Notes under the pieces: model-generated
The model's database searches: none
The model's input: only the letters and a program-made list of their open reading frames with translations
What the model was told of the DNA's origin: nothing
Translations under genes and position numbers: made by a program
Shown: positions 12,928 through 25,634 of the stretch, one piece after another
How the letters are laid out: each line of letters begins with the position of its first letter
How positions within the stretch are numbered: the stretch's first letter is position 1
Assembly (NCBI GenBank): GCA_012295275.1
Contig: CM022671.1
Coordinates: 15,438,001 to 15,502,000 of the forward strand
Direction of reading: 5' to 3'
Length of the DNA stretch: 64,000 nucleotides
Origin: Chrysomallon squamiferum
Lineage: Eukaryota; Animalia; Mollusca

Positions 12928-13644
12928 CATGATAAAACCACATTGGATAAAGGTATAAAAATAAAATATATATATATTTTCAAGGTTCATTTATTTAATA
13001 AAATAAATATACAAAGTTGCTGAATATGAAATAAAGTCATGATTCAACTGTAAAATGTAACCAAGCATGAAAAATTATACATGTATCTTGTTACTGTTAT
13101 CCAAGAAACCAATTACTGTTTGCAATGATGCAGAAAAAAAGGCTAAAGAAATGGGCGGAGTACCTAAGGTGTACACAGCTAACATCATGTAGGCCCAAAT
13201 AAGTTAATGTTTACGAAATACATCTAATCATGAAATGCAGTGAGCAATGATAAAGCAACATTTCTTTCAAATAAATATTTTTATCTGGTTATGTGTATAT
13301 ATATACTTGCTGGTATATCAGTTAACCTTTTTAACGAACACATCACAGAGTTGGATTATTAATGAAATATCTTTAAACATTAATTCATTTTTTTAAATAT
13401 TATAAGCAATAAAAAAACAAACATATCCAAATAAACAAACACACAAACACACAAAATAAAATAAAACCACTATAACCTCTTAAATTTATGCAATGATTCA
13501 AAGAAAACATACATATTTAAAATGTAACATTAAAAAATTTAATATTCAGAAAGTTTAAAATAATTTTTCAGATAATTATGTTTAAATACTTTTAAACATA
13601 GTTAAAGCAGTGTTTACTAATATGAAATAATTACATAAACTTAC

Positions 13645-13707
13645 CAAAACGGCTGACTGGATGATGCTGTTTGAGTGTGCTCTGCACTGAAAGCGACACA
13701 AAGGTCT
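13645..13707 (-). other. ALAS: Non-coding 5'UTR exon of ALAS carrying the IRE
   Basis: Strong acceptor (ttttgtttttcag|AGACC) and donor (TTTTG|gtaagt) bracket a 63-nt, GC-richer, ATG-free island in AT-rich intron. Confidence 0.8.
13675..13699 (-). promoter_or_regulatory. Iron-responsive element (IRE)
   Basis: Minus strand reads GTGT-C-GCTTT-CAGTGC-AGAGC-ACAC: CAGUGN loop, 5-bp upper stem (one U-G pair), unpaired C, lower stem GTGT/ACAC; sense to ALAS. Confidence 0.9.
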
Positions 13708-13823
13708 CTGAAAAACAAAAAAATAAAAACATTGTAAAAAAAAAAACTGAAATAAATAATGATTGGAGGTAATTATACATATTTTTTTAAAAGACTGCTT
13801 TCTATATTTAATATTTTTTAAAT

Positions 13824-13856
<33 letters not shown>

Positions 13857-14387
13857 TGATAAATCTGATGATGATTACAATGATTTTGCTGAATAAATTT
13901 GTGTTCAAGTAAGTTTCATTAACAAAATAAATAATACGTGATAATTTTGAAAACATTTTGTTGTTATTTATATAAAACAGTCTATTTCAGCTGCCACAAG
14001 TTAAAAGCAAAATTCATGTGAGCAACATACCTAAATTAATAATATTTATTAAACTGTTATAATTGCTATATACATGTTATTCATCACAACAAACTTTGAA
14101 TCACATTTTATTAGTTGTCAGTGACATAAAGACAAATGAGGTTAGGCCACTGACATTTCTTTACTGAATGACATTGGTTCAAGCTGCCAGTGACCGAGCT
14201 AATAAGAATAGGAAAACAGCTTACACTGCACTACATATACATATACTGTAGTTTTCTTATTAAATGATATATATATATATATATATACATGCTAATAAAT
14301 GTTTACTACTGTTGTTTTACCACTGTATTAAAGGTTAAAAAACAGTTAATAACAGACTATCTCACAGTTAAAATCAGACTCTCTCAC

Positions 14388-14506
14388 CTGCGAAGAGTAA
14401 GTATTGGGTGTGCTGAAGAATCTGCCTGACCCACTTTTGTGAAGCCAGGCACGTTTCTCCGATATTTATACTACACTGACAAAGAACTACTGGAAAAATA
14501 ACCAAT
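14388..14506 (-). promoter_or_regulatory. Proximal ALAS promoter and ~53-nt first exon (TATA, Inr-like, CCAAT)
   Basis: TATAAA at 14470-14465 (minus), TTCA initiator-like A at 14440 exactly 30 nt downstream, donor CAG|gtgaga at 14388, CCAAT at 14502-14506. Confidence 0.6.
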
Positions 14507-17500
14507 CAGCATATGAGATCTGCTAGCTGAGGATGAGAGCTCAACTTGTTTAGAAAATGTTTCCTGTCAGTGTTATTTTGATGAAAAGGAATAACTACTC
14601 TGTATTAGGTTTTTATATAAACAATAATGTAACCAGCTTCTCTTGCAGAATTTGCAAATATAAATTTGACAACTGCACAAAATTGTATATAACCAGAAAT
14701 AAAAAGGTTAAGTAAAGAAACATCAGAGTGATTTATCTGGTGATAAAGACACAAAATAAAAAGCTATAAATGATTAGAGTAGAAAAACAGATACAGTTAT
14801 CCTGTATAACTCAATGTATAATTCTTGGTCAACAATTTTGCTTACTGCTGCTAAACAAAATATGCAAACATACAAGATTTTATTTTCAGTTAATATAAAT
14901 CAGCTAAAAAACTGAAATTCTTTCCCCATATGTTGAACATATTGTAAGTGTCAAGGGACAAAAAAGGAAGTCAAAATACAGCCACTCTACATTACTATCT
15001 TCCGTTTCAAAATACCAGTTCAATCTTTCTTTTGTAAAAAAGCTTGATTACACTGCTTTATACACTAAAACTTTATTTTTAATGTGACTACTTCATACAA
15101 TATATCAGAATGGAAGTGTCATTTAGCCAGTTAGTAACAATGAACAAAGAACTGAGTGAGTTATGAAAACACATTTCAAAACAACATATTGTTAATGTGA
15201 ATACATCATAGTATAGGTTATAACAAGCTTTTACACACAAAACAATGCATAAAATGTTTTTAACAGTGTCCAAATGGTACATTTCGATTTCTGAAATAAA
15301 GCCTTAAATATTACATTTATATTAGTAAAAACATTTTCTGTTAAAATAATAATAATAATAATAATGCATTAGATTTCAACAACAAATTCTAGATGTTTTT
15401 ATGAGGAAAAACATTTTGAACAATACAAGCTGCTAAGCTATGAATAGTAATACTTGTTAAAAGACAATATGAATTTATTGTGACATTCCTTTTCAATATC
15501 TTTTTTTCTACACATTTTATGAAACTATTATGCAAATTATTTTAACTGCAGTAATTCCTCACATCACAGTGGTAACAAATCCCCTAACATTCTGCGTTAA
15601 TCACATGTAAAAATTATAAAATTCAGGCAACAATTGTTTCAAAGTCCCTCTCATTTTTATTATTTAAATACTAATATAACATTAAAATGAAAGAAAAAAA
15701 TATATACATGAATTTTATAAATTTATTGTGCAGATTCATATCTCTTTCGGCATTTACCCATCTGTTAAAACTTCATGGGATTATTTGATGCTATACAATC
15801 AGGTCCTTTATTTTTGCTTCTTCTGCAAAAACGTTTTCAAAATACAGAATATGTGCTCTGTATTTCCCATGTATGTTGTTTCGCACCTCAGCAACAAATA
15901 TGGGACATTTCAGTTTAACATCCTTTCTGAGTGAGAGCAGTATGTGACTGCCACGACAGTAATTGTCACTGTTTTGTATTTTTTATTTACAATATATTTA
16001 TTTTTATTGTTTATACTGTACAGTATGTTATTTATTACACCAGTTTACCAGTACATTATATTTATGTAAGTCAAGTGGTGAACATTTTGTAAATCTGGAA
16101 CATATCTGTGTTATTTATATTAGTTCCTCTTTCTATGCATCATTTTGTAATATGTTGTGTTTTCATGTTGTGCACTGAAATGCTTACTAAGGAAGCCCTG
16201 TAGATATGTTTCATCTATGTTAAAAACTTCCTGTTATAAACTGAAAAAATAGAAACTGTTTTGCAGCTTCTTGATCTGTGTTCACAGTACCCTTATTAAA
16301 TATTTCAGTTTAACAGTACAAGTACTAAAAAGGATTCAGTTTTGATCACAGCCTTTAATACATAACAAGAATACCTCTATCAAACAGCTTGCATAACAGT
16401 TAATAAAATCAAAATACTAAATATGAAAACAGTTTGGAGTTCTGTGATTAACGTAAGTGTTGTTATGGAAATAGAAGCAAAAACGCTTTGCAGTATTTTA
16501 GTTTAAATTTTCTAAATTTCACTATTCTTAGTCAAACCAGGAGCAATTAACTGTTACTAATAAATTAAAAAAAAAAAAAAAAAAAAAATGCAATTTATAA
16601 ACAGTGTTGATAAAAAAAAAAAAAACGCATAATGAATTAGGCATATTAAAACTGAACGTATGACAGTATTTTAAAATATGCTGATATATGAGGTAATTAG
16701 TAACATTTTTTGAATTTATTTTATTTATTTTAAAAACTTAAGAATCAGTTAAAACAAAAATAATGTAACGAAACTATTAATATTATTAAAATTACCATTC
16801 TTCTAACTGGCAAAATAAAATTTGTTTTCATTATCTGGAGGTCATTATGAAAGACATAAATACAAAAATAGGTACTAAAGCATTTATCCAGCAAGCTAAG
16901 GTCAGAAGTAGATAGGATTTCTGGATATGTCAGTTTTCTGGATACAGGCTGACTCATTACTTAAGATATAAAATAAACTGAAATGTTTGTTTATTTGTTT
17001 CCGACATGTGTGCATGTTTGGTGATATGAAACTGATACATCAGTATCAGACTGAAAACCAGTAAACAAAATGAAATATAAATACCAGTCAATGTTATTTA
17101 ACAATTCCTGCTATTTTGTGGACACTGGTATTCTGAGATTTATTATTTTCATTCACAGTGAAAATATGACACCTGTAAAGATGCAGAACCTCAGCTCAGT
17201 TCCTACTGTCAGCTGTTAACTTTTAAATGATAAAACTGATCTAAACAATCTTAACAAATTACAAGCAGGAATTAATCTATCGCAATAAATAATTTTATAA
17301 AATCTATACACATTCCCTCATTAGATATATTCATAAAGATACTACATAACACTACAAGATACTATATTGTTTTTTTTATATATGCAGGTCAGCATCTTAT
17401 CCTGTACAAATTATCTTTCTTAATAAAAACATCTGGATATGACAACAACTGAGGTATAATTAACCTTTTTTTACAGGCAGATGTCAGGCTTATAATCTAT

Positions 17501-18431
17501 TACACTATATCAGTTACATATTATACTACACACATTGGTTTTTGTTTACCTACCTTTGAAGCAACTGATAACAATCTCTGCATTGTGTAAATTCAGCTTA
17601 CTAAGCAGTATACAGAAAAGAATCCTAATACTTTAGCAAGAAACCAATGTCACCAGTTTGTTAAAATCCAATCATTAAGTAACAAAATTTTAATTTCACC
17701 AGTTTTATTAATTATGCATTATATGCATCTCTGTTATTCAAAAAAATATTTAATTTTTATTCTCGTGGTATCAACTATATAGCAAATTAAACAAGAATTA
17801 TATACACACATCTTAAAAGTCAGTTTTATTTCGTTAATATGTATGTACATCCGCAACGTCAAGAAAACAACATAAAACTAAGTTCAAAATATAAATTTCA
17901 AATAATGCTGAAAATAAATTAATTGCCAATAGTGGATAATAGATACGAGTTGTTGAAGCTGCAAAACTAAGTTAATTAAACAGTTCCGAGCTCACTTAAA
18001 TGATATAATAATTTAATAAATCCAAATAAGCACCAATATCACATCAACTCAATAGCATTCTAGTTTACACATGAATGCTGTGATTTCAAAGTAATTACAG
18101 CTCGTGCTGTTCTAAGCTCATACGGATTGATAAAAGCAAACTTAATGTCTACTGTTAATACAAACTCTGGGATCCATAACCAATTCCTCTTTAACCAATA
18201 TAAATAACAGGCTGATGGTCTAGAAATATGTCAATAAGTAAGTTTTTACGCAACAGAATTGAAAAATATCAATACAAAGTGGGACTACGTGACATCCCAA
18301 TGAAATCAATAAGAATTCATTACAATGCATTAGTCTTATACCTGGGCAATAAACCACAGGAGTAGTGAGATAAAAACACATGATATAAACAATTACTATG
18401 AAACAGCTTGATTAAAATTACACAAACTTAA

Positions 18432-18640
18432 CCCTTTGGGCACCAAATTTTAGTGCAGCACATGATTACCAATGGCAGGTATTTTTGTCAAAATTTCATA
18501 AATGAAATAATTAGGGCTTAACTTAAGCTAAATGTTATGTCAGGATAGTTCACTGACACTGATCTTCTAGGATGAGAAGATATTTCACCAATAAAAAACC
18601 TCCAGCATGTAAAGATATTTCATTAATGGTACCAAAAAGG
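18432..18640. mobile_element. piggyBac-like MITE relic
   Basis: TTAA|CCCTTTGGGCACCA ... TGGTACCAAAAGGG|aTTAA: 14-bp TIR (12/14 match) with TTAA flanks. Confidence 0.5.
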
Positions 18641-20939
18641 ATTAAAATTATTTCAAAGACATCCAATAGAAAAAATTTGCAACTTCCTATACAATGTGAG
18701 TATTTCCCTTCAAAGAAAGTATTAAAATAGTTCCTAATCCAGGGTTTCTCATTTTGTACTCATTGAATCCATGCAGATTGGGCAATAAACCTGCAGAACT
18801 AGAAGTCATAAAAATTTTGAAAACAAATAACACTCTAGTGGTGAGGAGTTAACAAGTTTCTTTAACTAAGGTTAAACAAAATTCCACTTCAATAACTGAA
18901 ACTGCACATCAAAGAGAGGTAGAATAAATAATGGGTAGTGATAATAAAATCTTCTTTCTTTTTCTCATAAATTTTTTTTTTTTTTTTCCTTTATGTCTAT
19001 ATCATGTTTATTTTATCAAATTTTATGGATATGTTCTCAGAAACATAGTAGCAAAATCAAATAGGAATTGAAATGGATTGGGTTTTTTTTATCATTAATC
19101 TGGAAATGTAAAGATAGCTAGGGCAGAACCCAAATGGCAAAACTGCACTAATTAGTGAAATCATAAATTTACAGTTGCCAGAAGTTAATATCTAATGCAG
19201 TCATTTAGTGGCATCTTGTTTTCTGAAAAACTGGTCCATAACAGTTGCAGGGTTAAGAATCATGAATCTTTAATATTTAGCTGTTACTTTATCAGATATT
19301 ATGAATTAAAATTAAAATGAAATGATAATAATGATATATTAGTGACTGTATCACTGGTAGAATTTGGATTAATTTTAAAATAAGCATAAACTGTGTTTAT
19401 TTAAATGTCAAAAAACAAACAGGTCACCTAGAATTACACAAAGTCACAAAATGGCCACAAACTATTAAAATGTTATGCTTCTGGTTTTGAACAAGAAAAT
19501 TGTATTTAAATCTTAATTCAAAACATCTATGGCACATACTGTGCGATAACAATTTCCTAATGATTTTCTGAATTTGGTATGTAAAATATTCATTGTTGTT
19601 TAATCATTAATAACAAAGATATGAATCAATGACAGTATTTATTTTAATTTATTCTCAGCTTTGGTCTGACCTGTAAGTAAGTAGGTTGGATGCTTCAGCA
19701 GTTTTGTTGAGTCAGAACATAAACCCCTATTCATGTTACTGTGTGTAAGATGATACACAGTATAAACTGTACAGTTGAACTAAAGAAATAAAGGTATCAT
19801 TTATATATAACAAACAAAAAAAATATTTAAAGAATTCAATACACAATTGACAATGTATAAACAGTTTTTATAATTGAAATTTGTAATTTTTTATATTTTC
19901 TTCTATCTTTTACATAAATTCCTTTTTATTATTCAACATTAAATGAATAACTTTGAACATGCATACAGAAATGGCCAAAAATAAAAAGATTACCCATGTA
20001 AAACACATATGTAGAGTACAGTTTTTATTAGTTTATTTAACACTGAATATTATCAGAAAAAATATCAGATCAATATTTTTGTAAATTTACCACTTGTCCA
20101 GAGATCTCAGAACATGTTTACATAAACACTAATAATTAAAAAAGCCTTCTACTAATGCTATGTTAAGGTATGTAAAATGTACTTATTTCTTTTTTCTTTT
20201 TTTCATGGAATCGTATAAAGAGCTTATTAAAACTACTGGTCTCAGTCAATATTTTTATAATATGAAAAAGAATCTATTCATAATTTGATGGTTTAATTTT
20301 TTTGGGGGTGGAGGCTAACACACAAGATCTCCTCTGTTTAGAATAAATTTGCCTCACAAGAATTCTCAGATATTAGTGTTAGAGGACATGGCACACAACT
20401 GATGCCACAGTTTACTTGATAAGAAGATGAATGGTTTGCCTATGCAGTCAGATAAAGTAGTTTCTAGAAGCTAAGTTTGCTTGTGCTGACATGAAACTGG
20501 CCTTAGTGTGCTAAATGAACTTGCTAAGTTCTGCCCTAAATCTTAAGAACCAAAGCACGTTTCTGTTATTTTTAGAGCAATACCTCAGCTCAGAACTGTG
20601 GGGGCACTGATTTGAAAAGATATTCTATTTATGGTCAGGTATACCAAACCCTCTCAGAAAAGAATCTAAAAGGTAAAGATCATAACATATAAAAATTCCT
20701 CCCCTCCATTTAGAAGACAAACTAAAGTTATATTTAATTTATTTGAATTTTCTGCAATTATATATATATATATATACATATCTGTGTGTGTATATAAAAT
20801 GTAAAAATTACCCATTTTTAAAATTAAACTCCTGAACTAGTCCAAAATACTATGATGTTAAACAAATTTGCCATTATCTAGATATAATATATTTCATTTT
20901 CTTTCTGATTATGTGAAAATTATTTAATGAAAATTATTT

Positions 20940-21603
20940 AATGAACATTTTTCTATCAGCTCCATTTTGTTCCAATAAAGAACACATTTGTCATGCCATA
21001 ATAAGCTATGAATTTCAGCAACAAAAGCACATATGGTGAGAACAGTGTGAGTGTAAGAAAATGTAGGAGATGTTTTTTTTTCTCCAATTTCAGCAAGGTA
21101 GCTTCAGTCTAAAGGATGAACCAAGAAAAGGTTGCCTAAGAGAACTTAATTCTGAAGCAAAGGAAGAAGCTGTTGATGCTAACCTAGCCACTACAGTTCA
21201 GGAACCTGGCCTACACTGCACCATTAACCATATGACTGTCATCTGTGAAATGAGAAGGCTAAGGGAAGTGTCAGCAGAAAATCATGGGAAACATGTTAAA
21301 TATTGTCAGAAACCAGAAGCAGGTTCTTCTGAGTGTGTAATCTGATGTGCAGGAAAATGCTTATTACAAGCTCTTAAATGATAATGACTCATTTCATGAG
21401 AAGATGTTGGAGATAACTTAGTCTCTTATTTCAGGTCAAAACAGAATTTTTATACATTTAGCTTCACCAAACTTGTTGGCAGATGGGAGAAGGTCATTGA
21501 AATCAATGGTGACTCTATTGATGATTACAGATATCTCCATTAACTACTATTTTTTTTATTTGTTACTAAGGAAATTCAACAGAACTTTTGTTGTAACCTG
21601 ATA
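20940..21603 (+). mobile_element. Decayed, internally deleted mariner transposon
   Basis: Frameshifted transposase pieces: KEHICH..YEFQQ, YGENSVSVRKC, QQGSFSLKDEPRKG (HTH region) and KLVGRWEKVIEINGD (C-terminus). Mariner-like right end ttttgttgtaacctgata. Confidence 0.8.
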
Positions 21604-23417
21604 ATTGCGTTGTTAAAAAAACTGAATATAATTAATGTGTTTTAAAGATACAGATACAGATTGATACAGATAGTTGAGGCATGGTTGTCAGCACTCCTGC
21701 TGGGCTTATTCCCATCCCTTCCACTACTCTACAAGAACTTTATAGAAGGCAACTGTAAGTGATCATTTGTCTAAAAGAAAATAAATATAAAAGGTTATCT
21801 TGGGTTTAATCATCCCAGGATAGTGATTTTCCAAAATTTTATGATCCTCAACTATAAGTATAGTGCCAGACACCAAATATTAAAATGTATCAAGTGTTTT
21901 CATTATAAAGTAAAAAAAAAAAAAAGATAAAAAAAAAGATTTCCAAACAAAAGCTTTGTATATAATTGCTTAGTATATTTACATTGGTTTTATATATCAT
22001 CATATTAGCATGCAAGTAAATAAACCAAATTCAAACCTGCATTGATTATTGTAAATCAGATGTACTTGAACAAATTCCAAATTGATGTCATTAGACAGAA
22101 ACTATCAAATAGTTATTTATGGACAGCTGTTCAAGTTTACAAATCACTAATTGTAACAAAGATCATTGTTTTATATTTTTATCTTTTGAAACTGCTATGG
22201 TACATGCAGTAAAGATTATATGTTATAATCAGATATTAATTTAGTAAGCCATTAGTAAACATGCTTGAATAATAAATTAATATCCATGATTCAAATACAT
22301 AACTGGCAAAAATTAACCATTTTACATAAGTTTAGTGAAACATTTTGTTTAGTAAAAAAACATAACCAAATACATAAACATTATGTGAAAAGAAATGTAA
22401 ATAAATGGAAGGGAAATAACTCTTGATGGAACAATTCATAGTTATGGCTATATTTGTAACATTCTGTTACAAAATTAAATAATAGCTGAACCTGATAATC
22501 ATCAGACATAAAATAAAATAATAAATAAATAAATAAATAAATAAATAAATATACAGATAAAAAAATTATATAAAATAAGAATCATGTTTTTGGTAAATGT
22601 TTATTGAATGCTTGAGGTAATAATTAATAACAACAATAAAAATAAATCATATTAAAAAAATGAAAAGAAAAAATGAAAGATAAATGTTTTCTCAGATGAC
22701 AATTGAATATAAAGTTTTATAAATAAATTTATTATCTGATTACTGTAATATATACACACACTAATTCAGAATAACTTTTTAAAATAATGATTTAAGACAA
22801 AAAGAAAAAAGAATAATTAAGTAAATAAATAAGTAAATAAATAAATAAATTAAATAAATAAATAAAGACACTATCTAGAAACTGGGCAAATTAAACTTTG
22901 ACAGCTCAATAATTTATAATGATCAGTGGTCATAAAAAAAACTTTGTATATAAAAACAATGCTGTAAAAATAAAACATAACATTTAAAAACTGAATTGAG
23001 AATTTTTATTTTAAATGAGTATATAAATTGTTAATAACAAATATATGACACATTGCACTATGAATGACTTTATTTTAAAGCAGTACAATTCAAATTTTCA
23101 TAAATCAACAGCAGCATTAGGAGAGGTCACAATTTTGACACTGTTTTTTTTTACATTATATGCCAAAGTCAAATAAAATTAAAGTTAAATAATTTAAACA
23201 GTAATTTCAATATAGATAAATATAATATTAAAGCTGAAAGATATATTTAAAGCAATTTATATAATACATGTTGGTAAGTAGCAGATGTTATTAACTGAAA
23301 TACATCTGTTAGTTATTTTTAATGATGTTACAAAATAATAATTAATGTCTGTATACTGAATGAGTATAGGTTCTACATAAACTTTAAAGTGGTCCTGCAG
23401 GCAGTAGAGGAGGATAT

Positions 23418-23490
23418 GTTCCTGATACCTCAGTTGGTCAAGCAATGCCTTCTCCCTTTAAGGATACTGGTTCAGTTCCTCTCAGTGGCA
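23418..23490 (+). pseudogene. tRNA-like sequence (tRNA pseudogene or tRNA-derived SINE head)
   Basis: A-box-like TACCTCAGTTGG (23426-23437) and B-box-like GGTTCAGTTCC (23469-23479) at tRNA spacing; stems degenerate. Confidence 0.5.
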
Positions 23491-23640
23491 TTTGTTCAAA
23501 CTTGAATTTAGAGCTATTGTATGGTTCTGTTTCTTGGTAATTTTAATACAACTTGATTTGAATATATAAAAACTCCAAGAAAGAGCTTCACTTGGGGTGG
23601 GGGTGGAATGTGTGTGTAATAATTACTTTGTAATCTTATG

Positions 23641-23684
<44 letters not shown>

Positions 23685-23703
23685 AATAAACAATAACAAC
23701 AAC

Positions 23704-23734
<31 letters not shown>

Positions 23735-24221
23735 TAATAATAATAATAATTAAAAACAAAAACAACAGCTACAAAAAGAAAAACAAAGATAATAATTTCG
23801 TTTAACGGTTTTAACCCAGCAGTTTCGGCAGGTGCTAGGTCAGCAGAGGTCAAGGACCCACTTCAGAATAATATAAATAAACAAAGGCCATTTTTTACGT
23901 TTCTTAAACTGTGGAAGCATAAAAAAATTGATTCACTTTAGAGGCTGCATTTGTACTGAGCATTTGTAGTAATAATAATTTATAAACCCATTGTAAACCT
24001 TTAAACAAATGACTAATTTATTAATATGTGAGAGTGTTCGGAAGCATATTAATTAATTATTATTAATTTTATTATGAAAATCATTATCATCATCATCATG
24101 TCGATACTCGGTTACATAATTGGTAACAAGTCTGTTTAAACGTGTGTGATAATCATTAAAATCCCTCTTAATAAAAAAACAAAAACAATTAGGTATTTAC
24201 GTTATAAACACGAATACTTAC

Positions 24222-24370
24222 ATAGTAAGTACAACGCAGACTCACGCCAAAAGCTTTTTAATATATATAACCAGATATCGAGTTACAATCTCGTGAATTC
24301 TCGTTGTGTACGAGAACTAGTTTAGCTGCCAGACGGCATCTGAAACTGTGCCATCAATAAATAGGGTGGC
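24222..24370 (-). promoter_or_regulatory. Candidate distal ALAS first exon/promoter
   Basis: CpG-containing island at the edge of the CpG-poor domain; two minus-strand donors, GGC|gtgagt (24246) and TAT|gtaagt (24222). Confidence 0.45.
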
Positions 24371-24832
24371 AATTTACAAATTTTCAAAGAAAAAAAGAGT
24401 AGGAAATTAATACAAATAGTCATAATTTTCTAAATCAAAATTTAAACCGTACTTTAAATAAAACAAACACAAGCAGATTATTCTATTAACTATTTGATTA
24501 AAATGAATACAAGTTTCTTCCTTTCCTATATTCCCCACCTTCTTTCCTTTATAAATCTTGAAGCCATCGCTATATCTTTCAGTTTTTACTTTAAAAAATA
24601 TATATATAATTTTTGTTGTTGGACTTCAAAACAAAAAACAAATTACATTCCGGCTCGACCTCAAAAGGCACACAGATAATTTAACATATGAATATTTTTC
24701 AAACTTAAAAACTGGCTGATATTCTTATATATATATTGTGTAACGTGAGAAAACTAGCGTCCACACTTTCAGTATTGAATTTAGGCATGTGTGATAGTCC
24801 TCAGTGGATGCTCATCAGATATATAATCAGTT

Positions 24833-25634
24833 GACACATGCTCACCGGAATTTGCCCACTGGATATTCTTTGAAATATTATTAAAATGTTCTATTTTAAA
24901 GTAAGATAAGACAATTGGAAATTATATCGAATAAGATTTTTTATTTCTTTTATTATTATTATTATTATTTATTTTTTATTTTTTTTTTGTTTACATATTT
25001 TACAAAAGCGTAAATGTAAATATAGTAACAACAACAATTAAAACATCTGTTAACAATCGAACTGATTGTCCAGCAAAACGGATAACTGTCACTGACAAAT
25101 TTTTCCCCAGGATATTCTTTGAAATATGATATGATTAAAATTAGGTTCACATACCAGTTTCTTTATCAGAACACATAATGAAATAATTCTCTTATTACAT
25201 AAGAATCTTTCGTTTGTACTCGATTTAAAATTGTTGTTCAAGTAAATGAAAGATTGGATTACTCTAAATGGTAGGAAAATTGAAATTAAAATCCCCAAAA
25301 TCATAAATTCCATTCGAGTAACTCCATCCAAGTAACTTAAACTCTGGGTTTATCTAATTAACTATTTTTAAAGTTATCTGTGATATGTTGTAATTATCGA
25401 TGTTTTTATGTTAAATAATATTTCTTATTCCATTTATCTAATTTGTTTTTAAAATAATCCACGTCCATAAAATTTTATATATGTTTCAAAGAATATCCTG
25501 GAAAAAAAAGAAGAGAAAAAAACCCAAATAACAAACAAACAAACAAACAAAAATCCACTGTCCGTCAGCAATTGTCTATTTTTGAACATTTGAGGTGACC
25601 AGTCCAGTGGGCAAATGTTCGGTGAACAAATGTC
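24833..25634. mobile_element. Decayed foldback/MITE with nested inverted repeats
   Basis: ATTTGCCCACTGGA (~24850-24863) vs TCCAGTGGGCAAAT (25603-25616); CCAGGATATTCTTTGAAA (25107-25124) vs TTTCAAAGAATATCCTGG (25484-25501). Confidence 0.55.

Noticed and set aside
23418-23490. Functional tRNA or snoRNA
   Set aside because: Acceptor and anticodon stems do not pair well and no H/ACA or C/D architecture is visible; kept only as a tRNA-like relic
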